This document shows positions 58,261-64,000 of a stretch of DNA of 64,000 nt, piece by piece. Positions within the stretch are counted from its first letter, which is position 1, and every line of letters starts with the position of its first letter. The stretch is from Casimicrobiaceae bacterium (GTDB taxonomy: Bacteria; Pseudomonadota; Gammaproteobacteria; Burkholderiales; Casimicrobiaceae), in contig DASPTZ010000093.1 in the NCBI GenBank assembly GCA_035623155.1, positions 3,367 through 67,366 on the forward strand, in the 5' to 3' direction. The notes beneath the pieces were generated by a model, which saw only the letters and a program-made list of their open reading frames with translations, was not told the DNA's origin and did not search any database. The translations under genes and the position numbers were made by a program.

Positions 58261-58827
58261 TCAGAACGTCGGCGGCGAGTTGGCGCTGACGATCTCGCAG
58301 GGCGTGCCCCCGACGTTGCGGAAGCGGTGCGGCAGCCGGCTTTCAAAGTAGTAGGCATCGCCCGGACCGAGAACCTTGACCTGGCTCGCCACCGTGATTT
58401 CGATCCGGCCCTTGGTGACCACCCCGCCTTCCTCCCCGGCGTGGCTCAGCATCTGCGGGCCGGTGTCGGCGCCGGGAGGGTAGACCTCGTGCAGAACCGA
58501 CATGGCACGATGACGGATGCCGGCGCCGACGAGAAAGATCGCCACGTCGCCGCTGCCCAGATCGGGGAGCTGCTTGCGTTCGAAAAAGAAATCGGTCGTC
58601 CCGCCGTCGTCGCTCGTAAAGAAATCAGCCAGCGACATCGACAGCACGTCCAGGATCTTCTTGAGCGATGCAATCGAGGGGCTGATCGAGTTCTGCTCGA
58701 TCTGCGATATGAGGCCGTTGGTGACCCCGGCTTTCTTGGCCAGTGCGCGCTGGGACAGGCCCTGGCGCAGCCGGCACTCCTTGAGCCGCTTGCCGATGTC
58801 GATATGCAGAGTAGGATGCGATTTCAT
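58261..58827 (-). CDS. XRE-family HTH + cupin transcriptional regulator (PuuR-like)
   Basis: 'IGKRLKECRLRQGLSQRALAKKAGVTNGLISQIEQN' HTH. C-terminal cupin 'GEEGGVVTKGRIEITV...GDAYYFESRLPHRFRN'. Confidence 0.85.
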   Translation of the reverse strand: MKSHPTLHIDIGKRLKECRLRQGLSQRALAKKAGVTNGLISQIEQNSISPSIASLKKILDVLSMSLADFFTSDDGGTTDFFFERKQLPDLGSGDVAIFLVGAGIRHRAMSVLHEVYPPGADTGPQMLSHAGEEGGVVTKGRIEITVASQVKVLGPGDAYYFESRLPHRFRNVGGTPCEIVSANSPPTF

Positions 58828-58859
58828 GGGCTCGCCTCCGTTGCACGGGGTGGCTCTCT

Positions 58860-58897
58860 GTTTGATTTTCTAAACGTGCAGGACTAGTATACTAAAC
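58860..58897 (+). promoter_or_regulatory. Sigma70-type promoter (TTGATT-17 nt-TAGTAT) with the same conserved operator block as 50487-50524
   Basis: -35 at 58862-58867 and -10 at 58885-58890. Lies in the divergent region between the regulator (start 58827) and the transporter (start 59032). Confidence 0.5.
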
Positions 58898-59031
58898 ACA
58901 GCCGGGAAGGGGGCAGCTCCCGAGGAGGCCTATTCTCGTCGGGCGCAGGAAACCCGGCCTGCCGGCGCCAGAGACGCGTGCGACCACAGCGCGCGGCCAT
59001 CACCAAATGATCGCGAGGAGGAGCTAACACC

Positions 59032-60315
59032 ATGAAGAAGATTAAGCTGACGACGTGGATCTTTTTGGCCATGATCGCGGGCATCGTCGTGGGCTGGATG
59101 GACCACGAGCTCCTGCCGACGCCGGAGTCGGCCAAGACGGTCGCGGGCTACATCTCGCTCTTCACTGACGTCTTCCTGCGATTGATCAAAATGATCATCG
59201 CGCCGCTGGTGTTCTCGACCCTTGTCGTAGGTGTTGCGCACATGGGCGATACGGCGGCGATCGGTCGCATCGGCCTCAAGACCATGGGCTGGTTCATCAC
59301 CGCGTCGTTCCTCTCGCTGGTACTGGGACTGATACTGGTCAACGTCCTCCAGCCCGGTGCATCGCTAAATCTCCCGTTGCCGGATGTCAACGCCTCGTCG
59401 AGCATCAAGACCTCGGGGATGTCGCTCAAGGAATTCGTGACACACCTTGTGCCGAGGAGCGCCTTCGAGGCGATGGCCAACAACGAGATCCTGCAGATCG
59501 TCGTCTTCTCGTTGTTCTTCGGCGTCGCCGCCGCGGCGTTCGGCGAAAAGACGAAGACCATAGTCAACTGGATCGAGGAGTTGTCCCACATCATGCTCAG
59601 GGTGACGAGTTATGTGATGGCGGTCGCGCCGGTCGCGGTGTTCGCGGCGATGGCGGCGACCGTCACGACCCAGGGACTGGGCATTCTCTGGACGTACGGC
59701 AAGTTCATGGGACAGTTCTATCTGGGCATCCTGATCCTCTGGTGCTTGCTCGCCCTGGCTGGCTTCCTGTTCCTAGGGCCGCGAATCGGCCGGCTCATCA
59801 GCCTCATCAGGGAGCCCATCTTGCTCGCATTCAGCACCGCGAGTAGCGAAGCCGCGTACCCGAAGACGCTGGAGCAGCTCGAGCGGTTCGGCGCGAGCAA
59901 GAAAATCACCAGCTTCGTGCTGCCGCTCGGCTATTCGTTCAATCTCGATGGGTCGATGATGTATTGCACGTTCGCCACCCTGTTCATCGCGCAGGCGTAC
60001 AAAATCCCGCTCGACCTCGGTCAACAGTTCACGATGCTGCTGATCCTGATGGTGACGAGCAAGGGCATGGCGGGCGTGCCGCGGGCTTCGCTGGTGATCA
60101 TCGCCGCCACGCTGGCGCAGTTCAACATCCCGGAAGCAGGGTTGCTGCTGATCCTGGGCATCGACCAGTTCCTCGACATGGGACGCTCTGCGACCAACGT
60201 AGTCGGCAACAGCATCGCCACCGCCGTGGTCGCGAAGTGGGAGGGCGAGCTGATACCAGAGCGCAAGGCGCAGGCGGAGATCGACCGCGACGAAGGACTG
60301 CCGGCCCCGGCCTGA
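59032..60315 (+). CDS. Dicarboxylate/amino acid:cation symporter (DctA/GltP family)
   Basis: 'FLRLIKMIIAPLVFSTLVVGVAHMGD', 'PLGYSFNLDGSMMY' and 'GIDQFLDMGRSATNVVGNSIATAVVAKWEGEL'. Confidence 0.85.
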   Translation: MKKIKLTTWIFLAMIAGIVVGWMDHELLPTPESAKTVAGYISLFTDVFLRLIKMIIAPLVFSTLVVGVAHMGDTAAIGRIGLKTMGWFITASFLSLVLGLILVNVLQPGASLNLPLPDVNASSSIKTSGMSLKEFVTHLVPRSAFEAMANNEILQIVVFSLFFGVAAAAFGEKTKTIVNWIEELSHIMLRVTSYVMAVAPVAVFAAMAATVTTQGLGILWTYGKFMGQFYLGILILWCLLALAGFLFLGPRIGRLISLIREPILLAFSTASSEAAYPKTLEQLERFGASKKITSFVLPLGYSFNLDGSMMYCTFATLFIAQAYKIPLDLGQQFTMLLILMVTSKGMAGVPRASLVIIAATLAQFNIPEAGLLLILGIDQFLDMGRSATNVVGNSIATAVVAKWEGELIPERKAQAEIDRDEGLPAPA

Positions 60316-60335
60316 AGGTGCGGAGGAGGATTCAA

Positions 60336-61262
60336 ATGAGCGCGAACACGTTGAAAACGTTGCTGGCCGCTGTGGCGGCGTGTCTGTTCGCAGGCACGTT
60401 TGCCACAGCAGCGCTTGCGCAGGACGCTGAAGGCATCACTCAGCTCACAGGAACGTTGAAGAAGATCAAGGCGAACAAGACGATCGTGATCGGCTACCGC
60501 GATGCCTCGGTCCCGTTCTCGTACCTCAACCCCGCCGGACAGCCGATCGGCTATTCGATCGACATTTGCAAGGAGATTGTCGAGGACATCCGTGCCGAGC
60601 TGGGCGACGATACGATCCAGGTGAAGTACGCGCCGGTCGACACCCAGACCCGGATTCCAAGCGTGGTCGATGGGACGGTCGATCTCGAGTGCGGGACGAC
60701 GACAAACAACACCGAGCGGCAGAAGCAGGTCGCTTTTTCGCCGATCATCTTCGTGAGCGGCACCAAGCTTGCGGTCAAGCGATCGTCGAAGTTCAGGTCG
60801 TACCGCGACCTCAAGGGCCGTACGGTAGCGGTCACACCCGCGAGCACCAACGAAGCGGCGATCAAGGCGCTGAATAACAAGCAGGGATTGAACATCGCGA
60901 TCAAGGTGGTCCCCGGCAACGCGCAGGCCTTCGAGGCCGTCGCCGCCGGTCAAGCCGATGCCTGGGCGGGCGATGACGCGGTGCTCTTCGCGGCGATCGC
61001 GGAGTCGAAGAACCCGCGCGAGTTCATGGTGCTCGATGAGTTCGTTTCCTACGATCCCTATGGGCTGATGTTCCGCAAGAACGACCCGGACTTCGGCGCT
61101 TTGGTGAAGCGCACGTTTGAACGGCTCGCCGAGGCGCGGGAGCTGGCGCGAATCTACGAGCAGTGGTTCCAGCGCAGGCTGCCTTCCGGCAGGACCCTGG
61201 GCATCGAAATGAGCCCGCAACTCGAGTCGATTTTCGAGTCGCTGGGCCAGCCGACCGAGTAA
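60336..61262 (+). CDS. Amino acid ABC transporter substrate-binding protein (Glu/Asp GltI-like)
   Basis: ATG 60336. Signal peptide. 'IVIGYRDASVPFSY', 'GYSIDICKEIV' and 'DLECGTTTNNTERQKQVAFS'. Confidence 0.8.
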   Translation: MSANTLKTLLAAVAACLFAGTFATAALAQDAEGITQLTGTLKKIKANKTIVIGYRDASVPFSYLNPAGQPIGYSIDICKEIVEDIRAELGDDTIQVKYAPVDTQTRIPSVVDGTVDLECGTTTNNTERQKQVAFSPIIFVSGTKLAVKRSSKFRSYRDLKGRTVAVTPASTNEAAIKALNNKQGLNIAIKVVPGNAQAFEAVAAGQADAWAGDDAVLFAAIAESKNPREFMVLDEFVSYDPYGLMFRKNDPDFGALVKRTFERLAEARELARIYEQWFQRRLPSGRTLGIEMSPQLESIFESLGQPTE

Positions 61263-61324
61263 GCAAGCTCCTTCGAAATGCGCCCTGCGCGACGCATCCC
61301 CGAACTCGATAGCAGGAGGACACC

Positions 61325-62416
61325 ATGAACGGATACTCTAGCCAAGCGCGCTTTGCTGCAGTGGCATCGGCGTGGCTCTTGTGCTTCGCGTGTTTCACGG
61401 CTCTGGCCGCCGAACCCGGCAAGCTGCCCAACGTGGTGATCCTCGCTACGGGCGGCACCATCGCCGGGACCGGCGCCTCCAGCACCGCGACCGTCGGCTA
61501 CCAGGCCGCGACGGTGGGCATACAGCGGTTGATCGAAGCAGTGCCGGAGCTGAAAAAGGTCGCCAACGTGGCCGGCGAGCAGGTGTTTCAGATCGCCAGC
61601 GAGAACATGAACAACGACTACTGGCTCAAGCTCGCCAAGCGGGTCAACGAATTGCTCGCACAGAGCGACGTCGACGGCATCGTCATCACCCATGGCACCG
61701 ATACGATCGAGGAGACGGCGTATTTCCTGAACCTCGTCGTAAAGAGCCGGAAGCCGGTGGTAATCGTCGGCGCCATGCGCCCATCAACCGCGATCTCCGC
61801 CGACGGTCCGATCAACCTCTACAACGCGGTGATTCTGGCCGGCAGCCCGGAAGCCGTGGGCAAGGGCGTGTTGGTAGTGCTCAACGATCAGATCAATGGT
61901 GCGCGCGAAGTGACCAAGACGAACACCGCGAACACCGACACCTTCCGCAGCTGGGAGCTCGGTTTCATGGGCTACATGCAGGACAACGCTCCGCACTTCT
62001 ATCGCGTGTCGACACGCAAGCACACGGCGGACACGGAGTTCGACGTGTCGAAGCTCGACGCGCTGCCGCAGGTGGACATCGTCTACGGGTACGCCAACAT
62101 GAACCGCATCGCCGTGGACGCCTTTGTGGCCGCCGGGGCGAAAGCGATCGTCCACGCCGGTGTTGGCGACGGCAGCCTGGCGCGGCCGGCGGTAGAGCCT
62201 GCGCTGATCGAGGCGCGCAAAAAGGGCGTGATCATCGTGCGCGCGAGCCGTGTGGGTAACGGCATTGTAGCCCGCAACGGCGAGGCCAAGGACGACGAGA
62301 TGGATTACGTCGTGTCGGACACGCTGAACGCGCAGAAGGCGCGCATCCTAGTGATGTTGGCGCTGACCAAGACGAACGATACCAAGGAAATCCAGCGCAT
62401 GTTCTACACCTACTAA
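61325..62416 (+). CDS. ansB: Periplasmic type II L-asparaginase/glutaminase-asparaginase
   Basis: Signal peptide. 'VVILATGGTIAG', 'GIVITHGTDTIEETAYFLNL' and 'VIVGAMRPSTAISADGPINLYNAV'. Confidence 0.9.
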   Translation: MNGYSSQARFAAVASAWLLCFACFTALAAEPGKLPNVVILATGGTIAGTGASSTATVGYQAATVGIQRLIEAVPELKKVANVAGEQVFQIASENMNNDYWLKLAKRVNELLAQSDVDGIVITHGTDTIEETAYFLNLVVKSRKPVVIVGAMRPSTAISADGPINLYNAVILAGSPEAVGKGVLVVLNDQINGAREVTKTNTANTDTFRSWELGFMGYMQDNAPHFYRVSTRKHTADTEFDVSKLDALPQVDIVYGYANMNRIAVDAFVAAGAKAIVHAGVGDGSLARPAVEPALIEARKKGVIIVRASRVGNGIVARNGEAKDDEMDYVVSDTLNAQKARILVMLALTKTNDTKEIQRMFYTY

Positions 62417-62468
62417 GGAAAAACGTCCGCACCTCGATCCCGAACCGCGCGCCGCAGGAGAATCCGCC

Positions 62469-63572
62469 ATGCCAGCCCGTGACGCCGAGCCGCTGATCAG
62501 CTTTCGCAACATCCAGAAGACGTACGACGGCGTCAACTTGATCGTGCGCGAGCTCAACCTCGACATCGAGCGTGGCGAGTTCCTGACGCTGCTCGGGCCG
62601 TCGGGCTCGGGCAAAACCACTTGCCTCACGATGCTCGCCGGCTTCGAGACCCCTACTGCGGGCGAGATCCGTCTGGCCGGCCGCGTCATCAACCGCGTCC
62701 CGCCGCATCAGCGCAACATCGGGATGGTGTTCCAGAACTACGCGCTGTTTCCGCATCTCACCGTAACCGATAACCTGCGCTTTCCGCTGGTCGTGCGCAA
62801 GCTTCCCGCCGCGGACATCGACGCCAAGGTGGAAAAGGCGCTAGCGATGGTGCGGATGGAAGGATTCGGCGCCCGCTATCCCCAGCAGCTCTCCGGCGGG
62901 CAGCAGCAGCGGATCGCTCTGGCGCGGGCGCTGGTTTTCGAGCCGCAGCTCGTGCTGATGGACGAGCCGCTGGGCGCTCTCGACAAGCAGCTCCGAGAGC
63001 ACATGCAGATCGAGATCAGGCACATCCACGAATCGCTCGGAGTCACCTTCATCTTCGTGACCCACGACCAGAGCGAGGCGCTGACCATGTCGGACCGGAT
63101 CGCCGTCTTCGACAAGGGCGTTATCCAGCAGGTCGACACGGCCGGCAAGCTCTACGAGGAGCCGGCGAACGCATTCGTTGCCGGATTCATCGGCGAGAGC
63201 AACACGCTTCATGGAACGGTCGAGCGCCTCGACGGCGGCCGCTGCGGCGTGCGGCTGGACGCAGGCGGCGGCGTCAGCGCCCGAGTCGGCGACGTCGCTG
63301 CGGTCGGCGCTCGGACGCTGCTCTCGATCCGGCCCGAGCGCGTGTTCCTGAACGGAGCGTCGGAGCGCTGCGAGAACCGGTTCAGCGCCACCGTGCAGGA
63401 ATTGATCTACCTCGGCGACCACGTGCGCGTGCGTATGGACGTTGCCGGCAACTCCAGTTTCACCGCCAAGGTCGCGATCGCGGATCTCGGCCATGCGTTG
63501 AAACCCGGCGAGCGCGTCACGGCCGGCGTCGCGGCCGACCATGTCCGGGCGTTCCAGCCGCCGGAGGCGTGA
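62469..63572 (+). CDS. ABC transporter ATP-binding protein (PotA/spermidine-putrescine type, with C-terminal TOBE-like domain)
   Basis: 'GPSGSGKTT', 'LSGGQQQRIALARAL' and 'LMDEPLGALD'. 367 aa. Confidence 0.85.
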   Translation: MPARDAEPLISFRNIQKTYDGVNLIVRELNLDIERGEFLTLLGPSGSGKTTCLTMLAGFETPTAGEIRLAGRVINRVPPHQRNIGMVFQNYALFPHLTVTDNLRFPLVVRKLPAADIDAKVEKALAMVRMEGFGARYPQQLSGGQQQRIALARALVFEPQLVLMDEPLGALDKQLREHMQIEIRHIHESLGVTFIFVTHDQSEALTMSDRIAVFDKGVIQQVDTAGKLYEEPANAFVAGFIGESNTLHGTVERLDGGRCGVRLDAGGGVSARVGDVAAVGARTLLSIRPERVFLNGASERCENRFSATVQELIYLGDHVRVRMDVAGNSSFTAKVAIADLGHALKPGERVTAGVAADHVRAFQPPEA

Positions 63573-63656
63573 CCTAGTCTACGGCGCGGCGGCGCGAAAG
63601 CCACGCCGCTGCCCGACTCGAGAGAAGTTCCATTTCACAAGCGGAGGCAAAACACA

Positions 63657-64000
63657 ATGGCAACGAAATGTAGTCAGGCAGTAAGCATGCTTGCGTTCAG
63701 CGCGGCGGCGCTGGCTATCTCGCCGGCGCTAGCCGAGGTGACCGTGATCTCTTTTGGTGGCGCCGTGCAGAAGGCGCAGCAGAAGGCGTACTACGAGCCG
63801 CTGGACAAGGGCGGACTCAAGGTCGTCCCTGGTGAGTACAACGGCGAGCAGGCGAAGATCAAGGCGATGGTCGAGGCCAAGAACGTCACCTGGGACGTGG
63901 TCGAAGTTGAATCCGCGGAGCTGCAGCGCGGGTGCGAGGAAGGGCTGTTCGAGAAGCTGGATTACGCGAAGATCGGCGACAAGAAGGATTTCGTCCCGAA
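63657..64000 (+). CDS. Extracellular solute-binding protein (PotD/PotF-like), N-terminal fragment running off the right edge
   Basis: ATG 63657. Signal peptide 'MLAFSAAALAISPALAEV'. 'VISFGGAVQKAQQKAYYEP' is typical of family-1 SBPs. Confidence 0.7.
   Translation, partial: MATKCSQAVSMLAFSAAALAISPALAEVTVISFGGAVQKAQQKAYYEPLDKGGLKVVPGEYNGEQAKIKAMVEAKNVTWDVVEVESAELQRGCEEGLFEKLDYAKIGDKKDFVP

Overview
Visibly GC-rich bacterial chromosomal DNA. Gene content, including a Bug/TctC-type binding protein, suggests a Betaproteobacterium of the Burkholderiales type, but this is inference only. I call about 55 CDS, one tRNA-Thr(CGU) and one frameshifted pseudogene. I saw no rRNA, CRISPR array, transposase or integrase. 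Many long ORFs in the six-frame track are antisense or off-frame shadows of real genes caused by high GC; I chose starts from signal peptides, N-terminal homology, RBS and start/stop overlaps.

Layout:
- 1-4.7 kb: phnW, Nudix, two HAD-IB paralogs, folD.
- 4.65-10.9 kb (minus strand): five translationally coupled genes forming a gamma-glutamylation-type amine or amino-alcohol catabolic operon.
- 11-18.4 kb: EamA, gntK-metC, livFG-HM-K.
- 18.6-22.1 kb: a 1173-aa multi-domain Fe-S flavoprotein.
- 24.5-27.3 kb: beta-oxidation pair.
- 27.4-38.4 kb: the most interesting region, an 11-gene orphan lipid-biosynthesis operon. It carries a private type II FAS with ER, KR, DH, two KAS and a long ACP, plus a stand-alone condensation-domain protein, twin GHSQGG lipoproteins, an ICMT-type methyltransferase and an AcpS-LpxL fusion. 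An 82-nt perfect direct repeat sits at the ACP/dehydratase junction.
- 38.5-41.5 kb: ypfJ, lpxO-like, Bug SBP.
- 41.5-49.6 kb: a patchy accessory-looking segment ending at tRNA-Thr, with a lipase, degenerate ORFs, a hydrolase-radical SAM-hybrid kinase operon, a LuxR regulator and a frameshifted DUF1428 gene.
- 50.5-64 kb: gabT, C-N hydrolase, a 932-aa decarboxylase, an ATP-grasp protein and an Ntn hydrolase, followed by an Asp/Glu/Asn uptake and asparaginase module. The two units share a near-identical AT-rich promoter/operator next to a PuuR-like regulator.
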